A DNA stretch of 64,000 nucleotides from Eledone cirrhosa (Eukaryota): positions 307,582,001-307,646,000 of the forward strand of contig OZ024743.1 in assembly GCA_964016885.1 (NCBI GenBank), read 5' to 3'. Positions 10,826 to 22,292 of the stretch are shown here, one piece after another. The position numbers and the translations under genes were made by a program. The notes under the pieces are model-generated. The model was not told the DNA's origin. It did no database searches and saw only the letters and a program-made list of their open reading frames with translations. Every line of letters begins with the position of its first letter. Position 1 is the first letter of the stretch.

Positions 10826-13800
10826 GCATGCCTTGCTTCATGTGTAAAGTTTGTGTCTGTAAAGGTTTGAAAGGTAGGAGGTGAGCATGCCCTGCTGGAT
10901 GTGTAAAGTTTGTGTCTGAAAAGGTTTGAAAGATAGGAGGTGAGCATGCCTTGCTAGATGTGTAAAGTTTGTGTCTGTAAAGGTTTGAAAGGTAGGAGGT
11001 GAGCATGCCCTGCTGGATGTGTAAAGTTTGTGTCTGTAAAGGTTTGAAAGGTAGGAGGTGAGCATGCCCTGCTGGATGTGTAAAGTTTGTGTCTGTAAAG
11101 GTTTGAAAGATAGGAGGTGAGCATGCCTTGCTGGATGTGTAAAGTTTGTGTCTGTAAAGGTTTGAAAGATAGGAGGTGAGCATGCCTTGCTGGATGTGTA
11201 AAGTTTGTGTCTGTAAAGGTTTGAAAGATAGGAGGTGAGCATGCCCTGCTGGATGTGTAAAGTTTGTGTCTGTAAAGGTTTGAAAGATAGGAGGTGAGCA
11301 TGCCCTGCTGGATGTGTAAAGTGTGTGTCTGTAAAGGTTTGAAAGATAGGAGGTGAGCATGCCTTGCTGGATGTGTAAAGTTTGTGTCTGTAAAGGTTTG
11401 AAAGATAGGTGAGCATGCCTTGCTTCATGTGTAAAGTTTGTCTGTAAAGTTTTGAAAGATAGGTGAGCATGCCTTGATGGATGTGTAAAGTTTGTGTCTG
11501 TAAAGGTTTGAAAGATAGGTGAGCATGCCTTGATGGATGTGTAAAGTTTGTGTCTGTAAAGGTTTGAAAGATAGGAGGTGAGTATGCCCTGCTGGATGTG
11601 TAAAGTTTGTGTCTGTAAAGGTTTGAAAGATAGGTGAGCATGCCTTGATGGATGTGTAAAGTTTGTGTCTGTAAAGGTTTGAAAGATAGGTGAGCATGCC
11701 TTGATGGATGTGTAAAGTTTGTGTCTGTAAAGGTTTGAAAGATAGGAGGTCAGCATGCCTTGCTGGATGTGTAAAGTTTGTGTCTGTAAAGGTTTGAAAG
11801 ATAGGTGAGCAAGCCTTGATGGATGTGTAAAGTTTGTGTCTGTAAAGTTTTGAAAGATAGGTGAGCATGCCTTGATGGATGTGTAAAGTTTGTGTCTGTA
11901 AAGGTTTGAAAGATAGGAGGTGAGCATGCCCTGCTGGATGTGTAAAGTTTGTGTCTGTAAAGGTTTGAAAGATAGGAGGTGAGCATGCCCTGCTGGATGT
12001 GTAAAGTTTGTGTCTGTACAGGTTTGAAAGATAGGAGGTGAGCATGTCCTGCTGGATGTGTAAAGTTTGTGTCTGTAAAGGTTTGAAAGGTAGGAGGTGA
12101 GCATGCCTTGCTGGATGTGTAAAGTTTGTGTCTGAAAAGGTTTGAAAGATAGGAGGTGAGCATGCCTTGCTAGATGTGTAAAGTTTGTGTCTGTAAAGGT
12201 TTGAAAGGTAGGAGGTGAGCATGCCTTGCTGGATGTGTAAAGTTTGTGTCTGTAAAGGTTTGAAAGATAGGAGGTGAGCATGCCCTGCTGGATGTGTAAA
12301 GTTTGTGTCTGTAAAGGTTTGAAAGATAGGAGGTGAGCATGCCCTGCTGGATGTGTAAAGTGTGTGTCTGTAAAGGTTTGAAAGATAGGAGGTGAGCATG
12401 CCTTGCTGGATGTGTAAAGTTTGTGTCTGTAAAGGTTTGAAAGATAGGAGGTGAGCATGCCCTGCTGGATGTGTAAAGTTTGTGTCTGTAAAGGTTTGAA
12501 AGATAGGTGAGCATGCCTTGCTGGATGTGTAAAGTTTGTGTCTGTAAAGGTTTGAAAGATAGGAGGTGAGCATGCCCTGCTGGATGTGTAAAGTTTGTGT
12601 CTGTAAAGGTTTGAAAGATAGGAGGTGAGCATGCCCTACTGGATGTGTAAAGTTTGTGTCTGTACAGGTTTGAAAGATAGGAGGTGAGCATGTCCTGCTG
12701 GATGTGTAAAGTTTGTGTCTGTAAAGGTTTGAAAGATAGGAGGTGAGCATGTCCTGCTGGATGTGTAAAGTTTGTGTCTGTCAAGGTTTGAAAGATAGGA
12801 GGTGAGCATGCCTTGATGGATGTGTAATGTTTGTGTCTGTAAAGGTTTGAAAGATAGGAGGTGAGCATGCCTTGCTGGATGTGTAAAGTTTGTGTCTGTC
12901 AAGGTTTGAAAGATAGGAGGTGAGCATGCCTTGATGGATGTGTAATGTTTGTGTCTGTAAAGGTTTGAAAGATAGGAGGTGAGCATGCCTTGCTGGATGT
13001 GTAAAGTTTGTGTCTGTAAAGGTTTGAAAGATAGGAGGTGAGCATGCCTTGCTGGATGTGTAAAGTTTGTGTCTGTAAAGGTTTGAAAGATAGGATGTGA
13101 GCATGCCTTGCTGGATGTGTAAAGTTTGTGTCTGTAAAGGTTTGAAAGATAGGTGGTGAGCATGCCTTGCTGGATGTGTAAAGTTTGTGTCTGTAAAGGT
13201 TTGAAAGGTAGGAGGTGAGCATGCCTTGCTGGATGTGTAAAGTTTGTGTCTGTAAAGGTTTGAAAGATATGAGGTGAGCATGCCCTGCTTGATGTGTAAA
13301 GTTTGTGTCTGTAAAGGTTTGAAAGATATGAGGTGAGCATGCCCTGCTGGATGTGTAAAGTTTGTGTCTGTAAAGGTTTGAAAGATAGGTGAGCATGCCT
13401 TGCTTCATGTGTAAAGTTTGTGTCTGTAAAGGTTTGAAAGATAGGAGGTGAGCATGCCCTGCTGGATGTGTAAAGTTTGTGTCTGTAAAGGTTTGAAAGA
13501 TAGGAGGTGAGCATGCCTTGCTAGATGTGTAAAGTTTGTGTCTGTAAAGGTTTGAAAGATAGGAGGTGAACATGCCTTGCTGGATGTGTAAACTTTGTGT
13601 CTGTAAAGGTTTGAAAGATAGGAGGTGAGCATGCCCTGCTCGATGTGTAAAGTTTGTGTCTGTAAAGGTTTGAAAGATAGGAGGTGAGCATGCCCTGCTG
13701 GATGTGTAAAGTTTGTGTCTGTAAATGTTTGAAAGATAGGTGAGCATGCCTTGCTTCATGTGTAAAGTTTGTGTCTGTAAAGGTTTGAAAGATAGGAGGT

Positions 13801-15849
13801 GAGCATGCCTTGCTGGATGTGTAAAGTTTGTGTCTGTAAAGGTTTGAAAGGTAGGAGGTGAGCATGCCTTGCTTCATGTGTAAAGTTTGTGTCTGTAAAG
13901 GTTTGAAAGGTAGGAGGTGAGCATGCCCTGCTGGATGTGTAAAGTTTGTGTCTGAAAAGGTTTGAAAGATAGGAGGTGAGCATGCCTTGCTAGATGTGTA
14001 AAATTTGTGTCTGTAAAGGTTTGAAAGGTAGGAGGTGAGCATGCCCTGCTGGATGTGTAAAGTTTGTGTCTGTAAAGGTTTGAAAGGTAGGAGGTGAGCA
14101 TGCCCTGCTGGATGTGTAAAGTTTGTGTCTGTAAAGGTTTGAAAGGTAGGAGGTGAGCATGCCCTGCTGGATGTGTAAAGTTTGTGTCTGTAAAGGTTTG
14201 AAAGATAGGAGGTGAGCATGCCTTGCTGGATGTGTAAAGTTTGTGTCTGTAAAGGTTTGAAAGATAGGTGAGCATGCCCTGCTGGATGTGTAAAGTTTGT
14301 GTCTGTAAAGGTTTGAAAGGTAGGAGGTGAGCATGCCCTGCTGGATGTGTAAAGTTTGTGTCTGTAAAGGTTTGAAAGGTAGGAGGTGAGCATGCCCTGC
14401 TGGATGTGTAAAGTTTGTGTCTGTAAAGGTTTGAAAGATAGGAGGTGAGCATGCCTTGCTGGATGTGTAAAGTTTGTGTCTGTAAAGGTTTGAAAGGTAG
14501 GAGGTGAGCATGCCCTGCTGGATGTGTAAAGTTTGTGTCTGTAAAGGTTTGAAAGATAGGAGGTGAGCATGCCTTGCTGGATGTGTAAAGTTTGTGTCTG
14601 TAAAGGTTTGAAAGATAGGAGGTGAGCATGACTTGCTGGATGTGTAAAGTTTGTGTCTGTAAAGGTTTGAAAGATAGGAGGTGAGCATGCCCTGCTGGAT
14701 GTGTAAAGTGTGTGTCTGTAAAGGTTTGAAAGATAGGAGGTGAGCATGCCTTGCTGGATGTGTAAAGTTTGTGTCTGTAAAGGTTTGAAAGATAGGTGAG
14801 CATGCCTTGCTTCATGTGTAAAGTTTGTCTGTAAAGTTTTGAAAGATAGGTGAGCATGCCTTGATGGATGTGTAAAGTTTGTGTCTGTAAAGGTTTGAAA
14901 GATAGGTGAGCATGCCTTGATGGATGTGTAAAGTTTGTGTCTGTAAAGGTTTGAAAGATAGGAGGTGAGTATGCCCTGCTGGATGTGTAAAGTTTGTGTC
15001 TGTAAAGGTTTGAAAGATAGGTGAGCATGCCTTGATGGATGTGTAAAGTTTGTGTCTGTAAAGGTTTGAAAGATAGGTGAGCATGCCTTGATGGATGTGT
15101 AAAGTTTGTGTCTGTAAAGGTTTGAAAGATAGGAGGTCAGCATGCCTTGCTGGATGTGTAAAGTTTGTGTCTGTAAAGGTTTGAAAGATAGGTGAGCAAG
15201 CCTTGATGGATGTGTAAAGTTTGTGTCTGTAAAGGTTTGAAAGATAGGAGGTGAGCATGCCCTGCTGGATGTGTAAAGTTTGTGTCTGTAAAGGTTTGAA
15301 AGATAGGAGGTGAGCATGCCCTGCTGGATGTGTAAAGTTTGTGTCTGTACAGGTTTGAAAGATAGGAGGTGAGCATGTCCTGCTGGATGTGTAAAGTTTG
15401 TGTCGGTAAAGGTTTGAAAGATAGGAGGTGAGCATGCCTTGCTGGATGTGTAAAGTTTGTGTCTGTCAAGGTTTGAAAGATAGGAGGTGAGCATGCCTTG
15501 ATGGATGTGTAATGTTTGTGTCTGTAAAGGTTTGAAAGATAGGAGGTGAGCATGCCTTGCTGGATGTGTAAAGTTTGTGTCTGTAAAGGTTTGAAAGATA
15601 TGAGGTGAGCATGCCCTGCTGGATGTGTAAAGTTTGTGTCTGTAAAGGTTTGAAAGATATGAGGTGAGCATGCCCTGCTGGATGTGTAAAGTTTGTGTCT
15701 GTAAAGGTTTGAAAGATAGGTGAGCATGCCTTGCTTCATGTGTAAAGTTTGTGTCTGTAAAGGTTTGAAAGATAGGAGGTGAGCATGCCCTGCTGGATGT
15801 GTAAAGTTTGTGTCTGTAAAGGTTTGAAAGATAGGAGGTGAGCATGCCT

Positions 15850-18800
15850 TGCTAGATGTGTAAAGTTTGTGTCTGTAAAGGTTTGAAAGATAGGAGGTGA
15901 ACATGCCTTGCTGGATATGTAAACTTTGTGTCTGTAAAGGTTTGAAAGATAGGAGGTGAGCATGCCCTGCTGGATGTGTAAAGTTTGTGTCTGTAAAGGT
16001 TTGAAAGATAGGAGGTGAGCATGCCCTGCTGGATGTGTAAAGTTTGTGTCTGTAAAGGTTTGAAAGATAGGAGGTGAGCATGCCCTGCTGGATGTGTAAA
16101 GTTTGTGTCTGTAAAGGTTTGAAAGATAGGAGGTGAGCATGCCCTGCTGGATGTGTAAAGTTTGTGTCTGTAAAGGTTTGAAAGATAGGAGGTGAGCATG
16201 CCCTGCTGGATGTGTAAAGTTTGTGTCTGTAAAGGTTTGAAAGATAGGAGGTGAGCATGCCCTGCTGGATGTGTAAAGTTTGTGTCTGTAAATGTTTGAA
16301 AGATAGGTGAGCATGCCTTGCTTCATGTGTAAAGTTTGTGTCTGTAAAGGTTTGAAAGGTAGGAGGTGAGCATGCCCTGCTGGATGTGTAAAGTTTGTGT
16401 CTGTAAAGGTTTGAAAGATAGGAGGTGAGCATGCCTTGCTAGATGTGTAAAGTTTGTGTCTGTAAAGGTTTGAAAGGTAGGAGGTGAGCATGCCTTGCTG
16501 GATGTGTAAAGTTTGTGTCTGTAAAGGTTTGAAAGGTAGGAGGTGAGCATGCCCTGCTGGATGTGTAAAGTTTGTGTCTGTAAAGGTTTGAAAGATAGGA
16601 GGTGAGCATGCCTTGCTGGATGTGTAACGTTTGTGTCTGTAAAGGTTTGAAAGATAGGAGGTGAGCATGCCTTGCTGGATGTGTAAAGTTTGTGTCTGTA
16701 AAGGTTTGAAAGATAGGAGGTGAGCATGCCCTGCTGGATGTGTAAAGTTTGTGTCTGTAAAGGTTTGAAAGATAGGAGGTGAGCATGCCCTGCTGGATGT
16801 GTAAAGTGTGTGTCTGTAAAGGTTTGAAAGATAGGAGGTGAGCATGCCTTGCTGGATGTGTAAAGTTTGTGTCTGTAAAGGTTTGAAAGATAGGTGAGCA
16901 TGCCTTGCTTCATGTGTAAAGTTTGTCTGTAAAGGTTTGAAAGATAGGTGAGCATGCCTTGATGGATGTGTAAAGTTTGTGTCTGTAAAGGTTTGAAAGA
17001 TAGGTGAGCATGCCTTGATGGATGTGTAAAGTTTGTGTCTGTAAAGGTTTGAAAGATAGGAGGTGAGTATGCCCTGCTGGATGTGTAAAGTTTGTGTCTG
17101 TAAAGGTTTGAAAGATAGGTGAGCATGCCTTGATGGATGTGTAAAGTTTGTGTCTGTAAAGGTTTGAAAGATAGGTGAGCATGCCTTGATGGATGTGTAA
17201 AGTTTGTGTCTGTAAAGGTTTGAAAGATAGGAGGTCAGCATGCCTTGCTGGATGTGTAAAGTTTGTGTCTGTAAAGGTTTGAAAGATAGGTGAGCAAGCC
17301 TTGATGGATGTGTAAAGTTTGTGTCTGTAAAGGTTTGAAGATAGGTGAGCATGCCCTGCTGGATGTGTAAAGTTTGTGTCTGTAAAGGTTTGAAAGATAG
17401 GTGAGCATGCCCTGCTGGATGTGTAAAGTTTGTGTCTGTAAAGGTTTGAAAGATATGAGGTGAGCATGCCTTGATGGATGTGTAAAGTTTGTGTCTGTAA
17501 AGGTTTGAAAGATAGGAGGTGAGCATGCCCTGCTGGATGTGTAAAGTTTGTGTCTGTAAAGGTTTGAAAGATAGGTGAGCAAGCCTTGCTGGATGTGTAA
17601 AGTTTGTGTCTGTAAAGGTTTGAAAGATAGGTGAGCAAGCCTTGATGGATGTGTAAAGTTTGTGTCTGTAAAGGTATGAAAGATAGGAGGTGAGCATGCC
17701 CTGCTGGATGTGTAAACTTTGTGTCTGTAAAGGTTTGAAAGATAGGTGAGCATGCCTTGCTGGATGTGTAAAGTTTGTGTCTGTAAAGGTTTGAAAGATA
17801 GGAGGTGAGCATGCCCTGCTGGATGTGTAAAGTTTGTGTCTGTAAAGGTTTGAAAGATAGGAGGTGAGCATGCCTTGCTGGATGTGTAAAGTTTGTGTCT
17901 GTAAAGGTTTGAAAGATAGGTGAGCATGCCTTGCTGGATGTGTAAAGTTTGTGTCTGTAAAGGTTTGAAAGATAGGTGAGCATGCCTTGCTGGATGTGTA
18001 AAGTTTGTGTCTGTAAAGGTTTGAAAGATAGGAGGTGAGCATGCCCTGCTGGATGTGTAAAGTTTGTGTCTGTAAAGGTTTGAAAGATAGGAGGTGAGCA
18101 TGCCCTGCTGGACGTGTAAAGTTTGTGTCTGTAAATGTTTGAAAGATAGGAGGTGAGCATGCCTTGCTTCATGTGTAAAGTTTGTGTCTGTAAAGGTTTG
18201 AAAGCTAGGAGGTGAGCATGCCCTGCTGGATGTGTAAAGTTTGTGTCTGAAAAGGTTTGAAAGATAGGAGGTGAGCATGCCTTGCTAGATGTGTAAAGTT
18301 TGTGTCTGTAAAGGTTTGAAAGGTAGGAGGTGAGCATGCCCTGCTGGATGTGTAAAGTTTGTGTCTGTAAAGGTTTGAAAGGTAGGAGGTGAGCATGCCC
18401 TGCTGGATGTGTAAAGTTTGTGTCTGTAAAGGTTTGAAAGATAGGAGGTGAGCATGCCCTGCTGGATGTGTAAAGTTTGTGTCTGTAAAGGTTTGAAAGG
18501 TAGGAGGTGAGCATGCCCTGCTGGATGTGTAAAGTTTGTGTCTGTAAAGGTTAGAAAGATAGGAGGTGAGCATGCCTTGCTGGATGTGTAAAGTTTGTGT
18601 CTGTAAAGGTTTGAAAGATAGGAGGTGAGCATGCCTTGCTGGATGTGTAAAGTTTGTGTCTGTAAAGGTTTGAAAGGTAGGAGGTGAGCATGCCCTGCTG
18701 GATGTGTAAAGTTTGTGTCTGTAAAGGTTTGAAAGGTAGGAGGTGAGCATGCCCTGCTGGATGTGTAAAGTTTGTGTCTGTAAAGGTTTGAAAGATAGGA

Positions 18801-19270
18801 GGTGAGCATGCCCTGCTGGATGTGTAAAGTTTGTGTCTGTAAAGGTTTGAAAGGTAGGAGGTGAGCATGCCCTGCTGGATGTGTAAAGTTTGTGTCTGTA
18901 AAGGTTTGAAAGATAGGAGGTGAGCATGCCTTGCTGGATGTGTAAAGTTTGTGTCTGTAAAGGTTTGAAAGATGGGAGGTGAGCATGCCTTGCTGGATGT
19001 GTAAAGTTTGTGTCTGTAAAGGTTTGAAAGATAGGAGGTGAGCATGCCCTGCTGGATGTGTAAAGTTTGTGTCTGTAAAGGTTTGAAAGATAGGAGGTGA
19101 GCATGCCCTGCTGGATGTGTAAAGTGTGTGTCTGTAAAGGTTTGAAAGATAGGAGGTGAGCATGCCTTGCTGGATGTGTAAAGTTTGTGTCTGTAAAGGT
19201 TTGAAAGATAGGAGGTGAGCATGCCCTGCTGGATGTGTAAAGTTTGTGTCTGTAAAGGTTTGAAAGATAG
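15850..19270. repeat. ~3.4-kb block re-copied at ~37375-40235 (offset 21482, partial) and ~40219-43596 (offset 24326)
   Basis: Recurrences at 16323/37805/40649, 16910/38392/41236, 17235/38717/41561 and 18551/40033/42877. Shared rare markers are GTAACGTT, the 1-bp deletion TTTGAAGATAG, GGACGTG and GGTTAGAAA. Confidence 0.88.
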
Positions 19271-22200
19271 GTGAGCATGCCTTGCTGGATGTGTAAAGTT
19301 TGTGTCTGTAAAGGTTTGAAAGATAGGAGGTCAGCATGCCCTGCTGGATGTGTAAAGTTTGTGTCTGTAAAGGTTTGAAAGATAGGAGGTGAGCATGCCC
19401 TACTGGATGTGTAAAGTTTGTGTCTGTACAGGTTTGAAAGATAGGAGGTGAGCATGTCCTGCTGGATGTGTAAAGTTTGTGTCTGTAAAGGTTTGAAAGA
19501 TAGGAGGTGAGCATGCCCTGCTGGATGTGTAAAGTTTGTGTCTGTAAAGGTTTGAAAGATATGAGGTGAGCATGCCCTGCTGGATGTGTAAAGTTTGTGT
19601 CTGTAAAGGTTTGAAAGATAGGTGAGCATGCCTTGCTGGATGTGTAAAGTTTGTGTCTGTAAAGGTTTGAAAGATAGGAGGTGAGCATGCCCTGCTGGAT
19701 GTGTAAAGTTTGTGTCTGTAAAGGTTTGAAAGATAGGAGGTGAGCATGCCTTGCTGGACGTGTAAAGTTTGTGTCTGTAAAGGTTTGAAAGATAGGAGGT
19801 GAGCATGCCTTGCTGGATGTGTAAAGTTTGTGTCTGTAAAGGTTTGAAAGATAGGAGGTGAGCATGCCCTGCTGGATGTGTAAAGTTTGTGTCTGTAAAG
19901 GTTTGAAAGATAGGAGGTGAGCATGCCCTGCTGGATGTGTAAAGTGTGTGTCTGTAAAGGTTTGAAAGATAGGAGGTGAGCATGCCTTGCTGGATGTGTA
20001 AAGTTTGTGTCTGTAAAGGTTTGAAAGATAGGTGAGCATGCCTTGCTTCATGTGTAAAGTTTGTCTGTAAAGGTTTGAAAGATAGGTGAGTATGCCCTGC
20101 TGGATGTGTAAAGTTTGTGTCTGTAAAGGTTTGAAAGATAGGTGAGCATGCCTTGATGGATGTGTAAAGTTTGTGTCTGTAAAGGTTTGAAAGATAGGTG
20201 AGCATGCCTTGATGGATGTGTAAAGTTTGTGTCTGTAAAGGTTTGAAAGATAGGAGGTCAGCATGCCTTGCTGGATGTGTAAAGTTTGTGTCTGTAAAGG
20301 TTTGAAAGATATGAGGTGAGCATGCCCTGCTGGATGTGTAAAGTTTGTGTCTGTAAAGGTTTGAAAGATAGGAGGTGAGCATGCCTTGCTGGATGTGTAA
20401 AGTTTGTGTCTGTAAAGGTTTGAAAGATATGTGAGCAAGCCTTGATGGATGTGTAAAGTTTGTGTCTGTAAAGGTATGAAAGATAGGAGGTGAGCATGCC
20501 CTGCTGGATGTGTAAAGTTTGTGTCTGTAAAGGTTTGAAAGATAGGTGAGCATGCCTTGCTGGATGTGTAAAGTTTGTGTCTGTAAAGGTTTGAAAGATA
20601 GGAGGTGAGCATGCCCTGCTGGATGTGTAAAGTTTGTGTCTGTAAAGGTTTGAAAGATATGAGGTGAGCATGCCCTGCTGGATGTGTAAAGTTTGTGTCT
20701 GTAAAGGTTTGAAAGATAGGTGAGCATGCCTTGCTGGATGTGTAAAGTTTGTGTCTGTAAAGGTTTGAAAGATAGGAGGTGAGCATGCCCTGCTGGATGT
20801 GTAAAGTTTGTGTCTGTAAAGGTTTGAAAGATAGGAGGTGAGCATGCCTTGCTGGATGTGTAAAGTTTGTGTTTGTAACGGTTTGAAAGATAGGTGAGCA
20901 TGCTCTGCTGGATGTGTAAAGTTTGTGTCTGTGAAGGTTTGAAAGATAGGTGAGCATGCCTTGCTGGATGTGTAAAGTTTGTGTCTGTAAAGGTTTGAAA
21001 GATAGGAGGTGAGCATGCCCTGCTGGATGTGTAAAGTTTGTGTCTGTAAAGGTTTGAAAGATAGGAGGTGAGCATGCCCTGCTGGATGTGTAAAGTTTGT
21101 GTCTGTAAAGGTTTGAAAGATAGGAGGTGAGCATGCCCTACTGGATGTGTAAAGTTTGTGTCTGTACAGGTTTGAAAGATAGGAGGTGAGCATGTCCTGC
21201 TGGATGTGTAAAGTTTGTGTTGGTAAAGGTTTGAAAGATAGGAGGTGAGCATGCCTTGCTGGATGTGTAAAGTTTGTGTCTGTAAAGGTTTGAAAGATAG
21301 GAGGTGAGCATGCCTTGCTGGATGTGTAAAGTTTGTGTCTGTAAAGGTTTGAAAGATAGGATGTGAGCATGCCTTGCTGGATGTGTAAAGTTTGTGTCTG
21401 TAAAGGTTTGAAAGATAGGTGGTGAGCATGCCTTCCTGGATGTGTAAAGTTTGTGTCTGTAAAGGTTTGAAAGGTAGGAGGTGAGCATGCCTTGCTTCAT
21501 GTGTAAAGTTTGTGTCTGTAAAGGTTTGAAAGATATGAGGTGAGCATGCCCTGCTGGATGTGTAAAGTTTGTGTCTGTAAAGGTTTGAAAGATATGAGGT
21601 GAGCATGCCCTGCTGGATGTGTAAAGTTTGTGTCTGTAAAGGTTTGAAAGATAGGTGAGCATGCCTTGCTTCATGTGTAAAGTTTGTGTCTGTAAAGGTT
21701 TGAAAGATAGGAGGTGAGCATGCCCTGCTGGATGTGTAAAGTTTGTGTCTGTAAAGGTTTGAAAGATAGGTGAGCAAGCCTTGATGGATGTGTAAAGTTT
21801 GAGTCTGTAAAGGTTTGAAAGATAGGTGAGCATGCCTTGATGGATGTGTAAAGTTTGTGTCTGTAAAGGTTTGAAAGATAGGAGGTGAGCATGCCCTGCT
21901 GGATGTGTAAAGTTTGTGTCTGTAAAGGTTTGAAAGATAGGAGGTGAGCATGCCTTGCTGGATGTGTAAAGTTTGTGTCTGTAAAGGTTTGAAAGATAGG
22001 TGAGCAAGCCTTGATGGATGTGTAAAGTTTGTGTCTGTAAAGGTATGAAAGATAGGAGGTGAGCATGCCCTGCTGGATGTGTAAAGTTTGTGTCTGTAAA
22101 GGTTTGAAAGATAGGTGAGCATGCCTTGCTGGATGTGTAAAGTTTGTGTCTGTAAAGGTTTGAAAGATAGGAGGTGAGCATGCCCTGCTGGATGTGTAAA

Positions 22201-22292
22201 GTTTGTGTCTGTAAAGGTTTGAAAGATAGGAGGTGAGCATGCCTTGCTGGATGTGTAAAGTTTGTGTCTGTAAAGGTTTGAAAGATAGGTGA

